A program made the position numbers and the translations under genes. Below, in pieces: positions 9,225 to 17,430 of a DNA stretch of 64,000 nucleotides; position 1 is the first letter of the stretch; each line of letters begins with the position of its first letter. Below the pieces are notes generated by a model. That model made no database searches. It saw only the letters and a program-made list of their open reading frames with translations, and was not told where the DNA came from. Origin of the DNA: Rhodocyclaceae bacterium (lineage in GTDB: Bacteria > Pseudomonadota > Gammaproteobacteria > Burkholderiales > Rhodocyclaceae); assembly GCA_035444405.1 (NCBI GenBank), contig DAOMOP010000003.1, positions 4,423-68,422 on the forward strand, written 5' to 3'.

Positions 9225-11890
9225 TGGCGCTCTCCACGGACTATGACGATCGACGCAAAAACAAACGGGCGCTTGATCCACCCGAGATATGGATCGGCAA
9301 TGCTGATCTCGACATCGCCGACCTTTATCACAGGCGCCTGCGTCCCCGTTTTCACACGGCTTTCGACCGACAGTCCGGCGGGAACTCGCAGCTCCAGCCG
9401 ATCGAGCACTGACACGAAACCCTGTATCTCGATTCGGCGCCCGAACCCCGGAGGTACGTCCAGAAAGACGGGCGGCTCGATCACCACAAGATCGGGATCC
9501 AAATCCATGCCGAGGCTCAGGACGACCCTGACACCGCGCATCGAACACAGCACAATCGTGTCGGCACCGCCGTCGCCGAGAACGTTTACGCCATCGCCGG
9601 CATCGAGCAGATAAACCACATCATCGCCCCGCCCCGCCTTCACATAGGCGGAGTCCACCGTATCCTCTGCTGCAAACCGGATTAGATCGTCGCCGTGGCT
9701 GTAGAACGCCCAGTCGTCGTTATCCATCGACCCGCCGCGCCGAAAGATTTCCGAGACGTCGGTCAGTCGCTGCTTGAGATTGATGGTTGCCTCAGGCTCT
9801 TGCATCGCGTCGCATCGATAAGGAAGCGTCGCAACGTCGGCCGCCACGCCATCAACGGTGCGCGCCTCGCTCCAACGCCAACCCGCCGTGGTTGCGGCCG
9901 CCCGCGTCTGACCTGCACGGGCGACTGCGGGACGCTCGAAACCGGCCGGCACGATAATGACGCTATCCCAATCGAAGGGCTCGTCGTTCTGCCAGTCGGC
10001 GATGTAAACCCTGACCTCGACGTTGCCGATCTTGATCAATGCGCTGCCGACCTGCTGATCGACAAAAGATACCTGCATCCCTGCCGGCACGCGCAGTTCC
10101 AACCGGTCGTTGACATCGGCAAATCCGAAAACCTCCAAGCCGCGCCGATGCCCCTCGGGAACCCCCTCGAAGAAGGCTGAACCGATCACCAGCCGGTCGG
10201 CATCGATGTCTGCGCCGTGAGTGCCGCCAAGCTCCACGGATGCCGACAGACCGTCTTCGGCCGGCGAGCACAGCATGATGATGTCCGCCCCGGCGCCGCC
10301 GCCGATCGCGGTTCCGGAGGTGACATCGTATGCGAACACCCTGTCAGCACCGGCCCCTGCGGCCACCGATTCGGCCGCCGGGCGACCAAGGTGCAGCACG
10401 ATGTCGTCACCGTGGCCGTAACTGACATGCCGATAGTTGGCGATTCCGCTGGTCGGCACCGGTCTGGACGGCTCGGTAATAGCGGACGGCTCGGGGCACG
10501 CCTCGAACCCCATGGCACTATCGGGTTCGTTGCCGGCAAGCGTCAGCGGGCGTGGACCGACAACCGCAATCTGCTCGGGCAACCCGTGATATGCGGGCGC
10601 CAATGGGGGCAGGTGCACACGGCGTCCATCGGTCGTTCTGATATCGACCGCACGCCGAATGGACTCGTCGAATGTCATGATCGGCTGGCCCGCATGCAGC
10701 GTGACCGTTACTGCGCCAATCGTGATCGCGAGGCTAATCGGAGAGTCATCGTTGTTGAAGCTGACCTTGGCGCCGTCGGGCGCTCTCATCAGCACGCGAT
10801 CATTGACCGCATTGAGTCCGAAAATCGCAATGTGTGAGGGATCAAGCGGCGGATCGGCGAACACTGCCTCATCGATATATACGGTATCGCCGGCAAGATC
10901 ATGCGGCCCCACCTGAATCACGGTCGTGGCTTCGCCGATCGCGCAGACGATGAACGTATCGGCGCCGTTCTCGCCCCAGATCCGCGTTGCGATCGCAGGC
11001 CCATCCACATAGATGACATCGTCGCCAGCGCCGGTGAAGTGATTACCCGCCGAATCGGCCTTGCCGATTCGAACGACGTCGTCCGTGTCCGTATAGAGGT
11101 AAATGGCGCCTTCGGACCGACTGCCGGATGCCTCAGGAATGCTCGGCCGGGCAAAGGCATCGTCCGGCGGGCGATCGGTACAGGAGAATCGATGATGGGC
11201 ACCGGACCATGCGTCGCCGGACGCCTCTGGCGCCGCCGAAGCAGCAGGCGCTTCAACGTGCGCCGCTGAGTCATCCCGGCTCACGCCCGGCTGCGGTGGG
11301 CGCGCCGGCATGTGCTCGCTGCCGCGGATGTCGCGTAAAGCAGCAAGGAGCGCGCCGTCGATGTCACCTGTCACAGCCATGCCCACATCGCTCTGGAACG
11401 CGCTGATGGCTCGGCGCGTCCGGCGCCCCGCAACCCCGTCGACAGGACCCGCATCGTATCCCAGCTCATTCAGAAGCGCCTGCGCCTGGGCGACCCGTTC
11501 GCGCTCCGATCCGCTAGTGCCCCGTCCGGTATCCATCAGAGCATCGATGCGGAGTCTGAATGGCTCCGCATCGATGCTTCGCATCAACTGCCCTACCACC
11601 ACCCGGTAGGCATCATGGGTCGCCGAGAAACTGTATCGGTCGTGAGCATCCACCAGCCCATCGATGGAGAAGATGACGTTCACGCCTTCGGTAACGACAA
11701 TGGAAACACGCCTGCCATTCAAGCCCGTCACAACGAAGCAGACTACATCGTCCGGCGGGGCCAGGCCGGAGAGTTCCACAACGTCCTGGCCCGCCGAAAC
11801 CACGACGCGCCTGCAGTCTGACTGTGCCGACGCCGACTCCACGACGAACCAGGCCATGCAGACGGCGAGCAGGGAACCAATGACATGCAT
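9221..11890 (-). CDS. Large secreted protein: signal peptide, beta-rich N-domain, PG_binding_1-like peptidoglycan-binding domain, then three ~190-aa RTX-like modules
   Basis: ATG at 11890 preceded by GAGGAGGAAA. Signal peptide MHVIGSLLAVCMAWFVVESASA. PG-binding motif LGYDAGPVDGVAGRRTRRAISAFQSDVGMAVTGDIDGALLAAL. Three repeats with GDD..., GG/ENGAD(T/I)(I/F)(I/V)(V/M/L)C, DR(L/V)(E/L)(L/M)R(V/A)P. Confidence 0.8.
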   Translation of the reverse strand: MHVIGSLLAVCMAWFVVESASAQSDCRRVVVSAGQDVVELSGLAPPDDVVCFVVTGLNGRRVSIVVTEGVNVIFSIDGLVDAHDRYSFSATHDAYRVVVGQLMRSIDAEPFRLRIDALMDTGRGTSGSERERVAQAQALLNELGYDAGPVDGVAGRRTRRAISAFQSDVGMAVTGDIDGALLAALRDIRGSEHMPARPPQPGVSRDDSAAHVEAPAASAAPEASGDAWSGAHHRFSCTDRPPDDAFARPSIPEASGSRSEGAIYLYTDTDDVVRIGKADSAGNHFTGAGDDVIYVDGPAIATRIWGENGADTFIVCAIGEATTVIQVGPHDLAGDTVYIDEAVFADPPLDPSHIAIFGLNAVNDRVLMRAPDGAKVSFNNDDSPISLAITIGAVTVTLHAGQPIMTFDESIRRAVDIRTTDGRRVHLPPLAPAYHGLPEQIAVVGPRPLTLAGNEPDSAMGFEACPEPSAITEPSRPVPTSGIANYRHVSYGHGDDIVLHLGRPAAESVAAGAGADRVFAYDVTSGTAIGGGAGADIIMLCSPAEDGLSASVELGGTHGADIDADRLVIGSAFFEGVPEGHRRGLEVFGFADVNDRLELRVPAGMQVSFVDQQVGSALIKIGNVEVRVYIADWQNDEPFDWDSVIIVPAGFERPAVARAGQTRAAATTAGWRWSEARTVDGVAADVATLPYRCDAMQEPEATINLKQRLTDVSEIFRRGGSMDNDDWAFYSHGDDLIRFAAEDTVDSAYVKAGRGDDVVYLLDAGDGVNVLGDGGADTIVLCSMRGVRVVLSLGMDLDPDLVVIEPPVFLDVPPGFGRRIEIQGFVSVLDRLELRVPAGLSVESRVKTGTQAPVIKVGDVEISIADPYLGWIKRPFVFASIVIVRGERQ

Positions 11891-12292
11891 CTTCGCCACG
11901 TTTCCTCCTCTGCGCTGAGTGGCCAGCCGCCACGTGTGAAACTGGACTTGTCGATGGTGGCAGGCCCAATGCGCGCCGTATTTGCTCCACGCCCTTGTCC
12001 CACCCACGCGGTCCGGACTAATTGCGGCCGACGTGCGACTGCGAAATCGAGATTACGCAGGACTATTCGGGCTCGCTGCATATATGGTGCCAATCTCCCA
12101 TGAATTTGAATTTCAAGAGTTTGCGCTGCGTGTGCGAAGCCAGTGCGCGCGAAGTGTAAAATCGCTCGACACGCCGCAGGTTGGAGCGCCGCCCAGTGGG
12201 CTGCCACCGACCACCACGGTAGAATCGCGGCGTTCGGTTTGCCGCGCAGGAGACAGGAGTTGGTGCAATCGGTTGGCGCCGGGACGGCATCC

Positions 12293-12853
12293 ATGACGGG
12301 CACGGCGCAGGTCCGCTGCAACGATTGCAGCTTCTACTACATCACTCACGACGCGGCGTTCCCGTACGGCTGCCGCGTCCTTGCGTTCAAGAGCAGGAAC
12401 CTGCCCAGTCGCGACGTGCTCGCCGCTTCCGGGCAGCCATGCCGGCTCTTCGAGGCGCGGCAGCGGCAGACAGGATCAGAACTTTTCCGGCCGCAGCACC
12501 GCGACATCGGTGACGAACAGAATCATCGCGTAGTCGGCGTAGTAGTGCGCCTGCAGGTGGGCGGCGATGGCGTCGGCGGTTTTCTGATCGCACAGCACTT
12601 CGACGCGGATGTTGCTGCTGGTATCCCAGGCGGAGCTGCGCACGCCGCGGTGGCCTTTGCCGCGTGCATCGCTCACCGTATAACCGTGCGCGCCCAGGCG
12701 TTCGATGTCCTTGATGAGCACGCTTTCGAGGACGGCTTCGGTCACGATGGTGAGCAGTTTCCGTGTGTGACTGTTCATCGCCTCAACCTCCGAAGAGCGC
12801 GTGGGCTCTCGTCGCAAGCGCGTGATAAAGCGGGATGCCAACCAGGACGTTGA
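12293..12853 (+). CDS. Small Cys-containing conserved-looking protein (CxxC ... FPYGC); 3' end uncertain
   Basis: ATG 12293. MTGTAQVRCNDCSFYYITHDAAFPYGCRVLAFKSRNLPSRDVLAASGQPCRLFEA looks like a compact ~60-aa domain. The frame has no stop until 12853 and from 12476 runs antisense through the PII-like gene. Confidence 0.35.
   Translation: MTGTAQVRCNDCSFYYITHDAAFPYGCRVLAFKSRNLPSRDVLAASGQPCRLFEARQRQTGSELFRPQHRDIGDEQNHRVVGVVVRLQVGGDGVGGFLIAQHFDADVAAGIPGGAAHAAVAFAACIAHRITVRAQAFDVLDEHAFEDGFGHDGEQFPCVTVHRLNLRRARGLSSQARDKAGCQPGR
12476..12778 (-). CDS. PII-like signal-transduction protein (SbtB-like)
   Basis: ATG at 12778 with GGAGG inside the end of the upstream permease gene. 100 aa, PII-like fold signature (LLTIVTEAVLESVLIKDIERLGAHGYTVSDARGKG). 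Confidence 0.75.
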   Translation of the reverse strand: MNSHTRKLLTIVTEAVLESVLIKDIERLGAHGYTVSDARGKGHRGVRSSAWDTSSNIRVEVLCDQKTADAIAAHLQAHYYADYAMILFVTDVAVLRPEKF

Positions 12854-13724
12854 ACGGAAAGGTCACGCCGAGCGAGGCCGCCAGCGACAGGGTCGGATTG
12901 GCCTCCGGCACCGAGATGCGCATCGCGGCGGGCACCGCGATGTAGGAGGCGCTCGCCGCCAGCGTCGCGAGCATCGCCGTGCCGCCGACCGACAGCCCGA
13001 GCATGTAGCCGAGCGCCGTGCCCACCAGCGACGAGAAGAGCGGCATGCCAACGCCGAACAGCACCAGGAACACGCCGTATCGCTTCAGGCTGCCGAAGTG
13101 CGCCGCGGTGATCAGCCCCATCTCCAGCAGGAACAGGGCCAGTATCCCCTTGAACAGGTCGAAGAACAGCGGCTCGAGCGGCGCGATGTCCTCCGGTCCG
13201 GAGATCCAGCCGATCAGCAGCCCGCCGATCAGCAGCACGATGCCCTTGCCGAGAAAGACCTCGTGGGCCACGGTGTCGAGCCGGATCTCCCGCGACAGGC
13301 CGCGGGCGAGCACGATGCCGACCAGGATGGCGGGAATCTCGAGCACGGCCAGCAGCAAGGGCATGTGCGCCTCGAACTCGATCTGCCGGCTGGCGAACCA
13401 GGCCGCCGCGACGGCATAGGTGGCGACGCTCACCGAGCCGTAGTGCGCGGCGATGGACGCCGCATCGGCGCGCTTGAAGCGCCCCGCGAAGCGCAACACC
13501 GGGTAGGCGACGACCGGCAGCAGCAGGCCCATGGCCATCACGGCGAGCACCTGAGGCAGCAGTGCGCCAAAGGATTGCTTGGCCAGCTCGACGCCGCCCT
13601 TCATGCCGATCGCAAGCAGCAGCAGCATGCTCACGAGGTCGTAGACCGCCGCGGGAAGACGCAGCTCGGAGCGTAGCAGCCCGGCCGTCAGGCCGAGCAG
13701 AAAGAACAGGATGATCGGATCCAT
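12783..13724 (-). CDS. Sodium-dependent bicarbonate-transporter-family permease (SbtA-like)
   Basis: ATG at 13724 (MDPIILFFLLGL...). 313-aa polytopic protein immediately followed by a PII-like gene, the SbtA/SbtB arrangement. Confidence 0.75.
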   Translation of the reverse strand: MDPIILFFLLGLTAGLLRSELRLPAAVYDLVSMLLLLAIGMKGGVELAKQSFGALLPQVLAVMAMGLLLPVVAYPVLRFAGRFKRADAASIAAHYGSVSVATYAVAAAWFASRQIEFEAHMPLLLAVLEIPAILVGIVLARGLSREIRLDTVAHEVFLGKGIVLLIGGLLIGWISGPEDIAPLEPLFFDLFKGILALFLLEMGLITAAHFGSLKRYGVFLVLFGVGMPLFSSLVGTALGYMLGLSVGGTAMLATLAASASYIAVPAAMRISVPEANPTLSLAASLGVTFPFNVLVGIPLYHALATRAHALFGG

Positions 13725-13729
13725 GGCAG

Positions 13730-14278
13730 TCAGTGCATCACCGCTCGCGAGGCGCGAGATTCGGAAAACAGGCGCGGTCCGGGCGGCAATTGCACAGCGC
13801 CGGCAAGCTCGTCCTGATAGAGCGGCGCCAGCAGGCGGCCGGGATGGCGGCTCTCGAGGCACTGCAACGCGGCCTTGATGCTGTCCGCCGGCGCATCGCG
13901 GGTGAATACCGGAATGAAGCGCCCCGGCGCCGGATCGTCGTGCGGATCGGCGCAAGCCCGCAGCAGCGCTGTGAGCACATCGGCGCGCGACACCACGGAC
14001 GGCAGCGTCTCCAGCACGTACATCATCCAGACCCCGCTCACGCCCGTGGCTTCGACGATGCGGGCGGGCCGGGAGGCTTCCGCCGGCTCGCCCAGCTCCA
14101 GCATGGCCGGCAGCTCCGCCATCGGCCGCTCATCGACCCATATGCCGAGCAGCATCGTACCGGCGGATGCACCACGCCGGCGCAGGGCCGACAGCAGGCC
14201 GGCCAGGTCGCGGCAGGTGCGCTCCAGGTCGGCCAGGCCGCGCACGCGCAGGAAGGCGCATCTGTCCTGCGTCAGCAC
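13730..14278 (-). CDS. Hypothetical protein (182 aa), first gene of the putative sbtA/sbtB-like operon
   Basis: GTG at 14278 preceded by GGCGGAGG at 7-8 nt. Ends 3 nt before the permease start codon. No recognisable motifs. Confidence 0.5.
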   Translation of the reverse strand: MLTQDRCAFLRVRGLADLERTCRDLAGLLSALRRRGASAGTMLLGIWVDERPMAELPAMLELGEPAEASRPARIVEATGVSGVWMMYVLETLPSVVSRADVLTALLRACADPHDDPAPGRFIPVFTRDAPADSIKAALQCLESRHPGRLLAPLYQDELAGAVQLPPGPRLFSESRASRAVMH

Positions 14279-14470
14279 GTCGAAGCCTCCGCCTTGAAAA
14301 TCGCCTTCATGGACCGGTACCTCCCGCAGCCTGCATTGATGGGCTCAGTTGCGGGTCCGCGCGGCTGCCTCCTGCCGCCGGGCGGACCCGGCCGCATTGT
14401 GATGGTCCGCATCGATCAAATAAAGTCGATTAATATTGACGCACACGCAACTTTTCTCGCATTGTCAGCC

Positions 14471-15385
14471 GTGAACCTCAAACACTTGCGCTACTTCTGG
14501 GCCGTCGCTCATGCAGGCAGCATCGCCGGCGCAGCCCGGCAGCTTCATCTGACGCCGCAGACCATCAGCGCCCAGATCAAGCTTTTCGAGGACGAAGTGG
14601 GCGCCCCGCTGCTTCGTCCGGCGGGACGCGGCCTCGAGCTGACCGAGGCCGGGCGGGTCGCGCTGTCCTACGCCGACGAGATGTTCGCGCTCGGAGACGA
14701 GATGCTCTCCTCGCTGCGCACGCATGCGGGCCCGGCCTTGTCCGCCCTGCACGTCGGCATCTCCGAAGTCGTGCCCAAGTCGCTGACGCTTCGCCTGCTC
14801 GCCTCGCTGAAGCGGCTGCCCGAGCGGGTGCGGCTGGTCTGCCGCGAAGCCCCGATCGACTGGCTGCTCGGCGAGCTGGCCCTGCATCGGCTGGACATGG
14901 TGCTGGCCGACCGACCCATGCCGGCGGGACTTTCCGTACGCGGTCACAACCACAAGCTGGGCGAGAGTGCGATCGCCTTCTTCGCCGCGCCGGCACTGGC
15001 AGACCAGTGGGGAGCTTTTCCCGGGTGTCTGAACGGCGCGCCGCTGTTGCTTCCCGGCCCGAATGCGGCAATGCGCGGCGAACTCGAGCGCTGGCTGGGC
15101 GACGCGCGGCTGTCACCGCAGATCGTGGGGGAGTTCGACGACAGCGCCCTGATGAAGGCGTTCGCCCAATCCGGTGAAGGCTACTTTCCGGCGCCGGCCA
15201 TCCTCGCGGGCGAAATCGCCGCCCGCTATGGCGTACGCGAAGTCGGTCGGGTCGAACAGGTGCGCCAGGCCTTCTGGCTGATCAGTACCGAGCGGCGCAT
15301 CCGCCATGCCGCGGTGCGCACGGTCGTCGAGGCGGCGCGCGGCGCCGTGTTTTCGGCTCACGTCGGTTCTGACCGGGCGGCGTAG
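14471..15385 (+). CDS. LysR-family transcriptional regulator, NhaR-like
   Basis: GTG at 14471. N-terminus NLKHLRYFWAVAHAGSIAGAARQLHLTPQTISAQIKLFE closely resembles NhaR-type LysR HTH. Divergent from the permease operon. Track ORF 13733..15385 is over-extended. Confidence 0.85.
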   Translation: MNLKHLRYFWAVAHAGSIAGAARQLHLTPQTISAQIKLFEDEVGAPLLRPAGRGLELTEAGRVALSYADEMFALGDEMLSSLRTHAGPALSALHVGISEVVPKSLTLRLLASLKRLPERVRLVCREAPIDWLLGELALHRLDMVLADRPMPAGLSVRGHNHKLGESAIAFFAAPALADQWGAFPGCLNGAPLLLPGPNAAMRGELERWLGDARLSPQIVGEFDDSALMKAFAQSGEGYFPAPAILAGEIAARYGVREVGRVEQVRQAFWLISTERRIRHAAVRTVVEAARGAVFSAHVGSDRAA

Positions 15386-15415
15386 ACAATACACCGCCGC
15401 CGCTGGGCCAAACGC

Positions 15416-16066
15416 CTAATTGCGCACGAGACTGCCCGTGCGCACACGGGACGGGCGCGGCGCATCCTGCGGGGCGAGCAATTTCGGCAGTTTCGCCTTC
15501 GGTGTGCGCTGGATGCGCCGCAGCAGCTCGACGGACACCTCCTGCACGTGGTGCCGCAGCCGCAACTCCTCTTCGAGGCGCAGCAGCAGGCTCGCCGCCA
15601 TCTCGGCGTCGGCCAGCGCACGGTGGTAACGCCCCGCGACGGGCAGCTTCGCGTAATCGACCAGCGCGCCGAGCTTGTGGCTCGGCGCCAACGGAAGAAG
15701 ACGGCGGGACAGCAGCAGCGAGCAGACGAAGTCCTGGTTCCGCGAGCGCTCAATCCGCGCGAGCTCGGCATCCCAGAACTTCGCATCGAACGCGGCGTTG
15801 TGCGCGACGATGGGGATGTCCCCGACGAAGTCGGACACTTCCCGCATGACCTCTCCGACAGGCGGTGCGCTGCGGATCATGGCGTCGGAGATGCCCGTCA
15901 GCGCTTCGATGTACGCCGGTATGCGCACGCCGGCGTTCATCAGACTCTGGTAGCGATCCACCACCCGGCCGCCGTCGACGATGACCGCCGCGATCTCGGT
16001 CGCCCGATCACCCTGGGCTGGCGACAGCCCCGTGGTCTCGAAGTCGATGACCGCCACAACTTCCAT
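15416..16066 (-). CDS. DEDDh 3'-5' exonuclease (DnaQ / Pol III epsilon-like)
   Basis: ATG at 16066 with GGAG 10 nt upstream. Exo I VIDFETTGL, Exo II VAHNAAFD, Exo III HRALADAE. Confidence 0.85.
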   Translation of the reverse strand: MEVVAVIDFETTGLSPAQGDRATEIAAVIVDGGRVVDRYQSLMNAGVRIPAYIEALTGISDAMIRSAPPVGEVMREVSDFVGDIPIVAHNAAFDAKFWDAELARIERSRNQDFVCSLLLSRRLLPLAPSHKLGALVDYAKLPVAGRYHRALADAEMAASLLLRLEEELRLRHHVQEVSVELLRRIQRTPKAKLPKLLAPQDAPRPSRVRTGSLVRN

Positions 16067-16084
16067 GATCGGCACGCTCCCCGG

Positions 16085-16396
16085 CTAGTCCGGCCACGCC
16101 TGGTGCCGGCACTTGTCGCAATCGTCCCACGGCAGGCAATCGCATCCCCGCGGCAGCTTGACGAAGCGGCTGCCCACCTGCGTCTTTCCGGCCGAGGCTG
16201 GCTGCGCCGGCCGACTCCGGCGCGGCGGGGACGACTCCGTCACCGATGCGTCATGCGGGGTCGGCTGCCACCTCGCGAACAAGGCGGCATCGAGATGGCC
16301 TTCGATGTACCACAGCTTGCGACCGGGGTCCCAGCGCGCACCGAGCTTCTTCGCCTGGTCTTTTTCGGCGAAAGGCACTTTCAGGTCGAGTCGCAT
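16085..16396 (-). CDS. DUF5710-domain protein
   Basis: ATG at 16396. MRLDLKVPFAEKDQAKKLGARWDPGRKLWYI is the DUF5710-type motif. Cys cluster at the C-terminus (CDCLPWDDCDKC). Confidence 0.6.
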   Translation of the reverse strand: MRLDLKVPFAEKDQAKKLGARWDPGRKLWYIEGHLDAALFARWQPTPHDASVTESSPPRRSRPAQPASAGKTQVGSRFVKLPRGCDCLPWDDCDKCRHQAWPD

Positions 16397-16508
16397 GGCG
16401 TAACGGAAAGATCGTGGCGGGCGATCATTATAGGGGTGACCGCCGTCGTTCCCAGCCCGGCCCGTTCCCGGCGTTGAAGGCCAGGCGATTTGACGCTGTC
16501 GCAGGCTT

Positions 16509-16606
16509 GGCCCGGAATTCGTCGGCCAACGGCGGGCCAAACTTGGCCAAGAAGAACGATGGGCCAGGCCCGCAAAAACCTAACCCATTGATTTGTTTGG
16601 CCCGCC
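16509..16606. repeat. Copy A of a ~98-bp imperfect direct repeat (partner at 19240..19337)
   Basis: Hand alignment gives ~70 of 98 matches. 31-nt core 16561-16591 GGGCCAGGCCCGCAAAAACCTAACCCATTGA differs from the partner at 2 positions. Confidence 0.7.
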
Positions 16607-17334
16607 AGAGACGACGAGGATGGGCACTGGAGCGAACACGAAGACTGGTCGCTGGCTCCACGAAACGGGTGGGGTCTGAACGTACGCGGGGACCAAGAAA
16701 GGAGTGTTGCCGGGTCGGTTCCTGCACCCGTGCCTCTGCATCCCACACCGTCGCCAAGCGATGCCCGTCATCGTCACGCCGCCAAGCGCGTCGAATCGCT
16801 TACTGCAACAGGCCGCCAAGCCGGTTCGCCCCACTGCGGGACACCCACAATTCGCAAACGCTTCCGGTGGCAATCTGCGCTTGAGTGACTGATCCGTGCG
16901 CCTTCCTCAGGCGGCGTGTGACTGAGGCTTGGTGCTGCCGTCGAACGGTCACATCCGATCATTCGGGCGCTCGCGATCCCAGACTGTAAGTGGTAACGCT
17001 CAACACCTATCAAAAAAGCAGACCCCCCGGTCCTACGCACCTGACCCACCGGGCTGACAGCGCTGGCGTGCTGCGCGCTGCCGATTCACCCGGAGCGCCC
17101 GATGCGCTGATACTTGCTCGTAAGCGGTATCCGAGCAGCGTTCTTCTCCCACCGCGGCCCGACCCGGACAATCGTGGCTGCGTTTGATCAGGAGGACGAG
17201 CGAGCCGCGATTACGATTGTGGTGAAGGGCAAGCGGCGTCGGCGCAGCCGTACTCAATGGCGGGCGTTGTTCGAGGGTTCGACGCCAGCGGACTGGCTGT
17301 AGTGCCGATCTGCTAGCGCACGATTCGCTTGAAC

Positions 17335-17386
17335 AGCGACAATTGGCGCGACAGAATAATGTCGCTCCTTGTCGCGCTTTGTCGCT
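17335..17386. promoter_or_regulatory. Nested inverted repeats built on TGTCGC/GCGACA; candidate operator upstream of the Fic gene
   Basis: AGCGACAA-ttgg-CGCGACA-gaataa-TGTCGC-tcc-TTGTCGCG-c-TTTGTCGCT. The outer arms AGCGACAA/TTGTCGCT are exact reverse complements. ~45 nt upstream of the Fic start. Confidence 0.4.
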
Positions 17387-17430
17387 CTTGTGGTCATTAC
17401 AGATCCGTACGCATGATGGAGGCCGGACCG

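Noticed and set aside
14272-14310. 12-codon mini-ORF (MKAIFKAEASTC) with its own GGGAGG SD, overlapping the GTG start of the 182-aa ORF; possible leader peptide or sign of a frameshift
   Set aside because: The GTG at 14278 has its own well-spaced GGAGG, so the mini-ORF is not needed to explain translation. There is no supporting evidence. Worth a look only if orthologues start with MKAIF.
16598-16680. Possible second tRNA or tmRNA 3' end next to repeat copy A (TGGCCCGCC resembles TGG plus an acceptor)
   Set aside because: The reverse complement lacks a T-loop (no GTTCGAATC-like element) and cannot be folded into a cloverleaf. It also does not resemble the tmRNA, RNase P or SRP conserved cores I know.
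17114-17302. 62-aa ORF ending KGKRRRRSRTQWRALFEGSTPADWL; possible IS66-family TnpA remnant
   Set aside because: The resemblance rests on a short basic motif from memory. No further transposase sequence or inverted repeats are visible.
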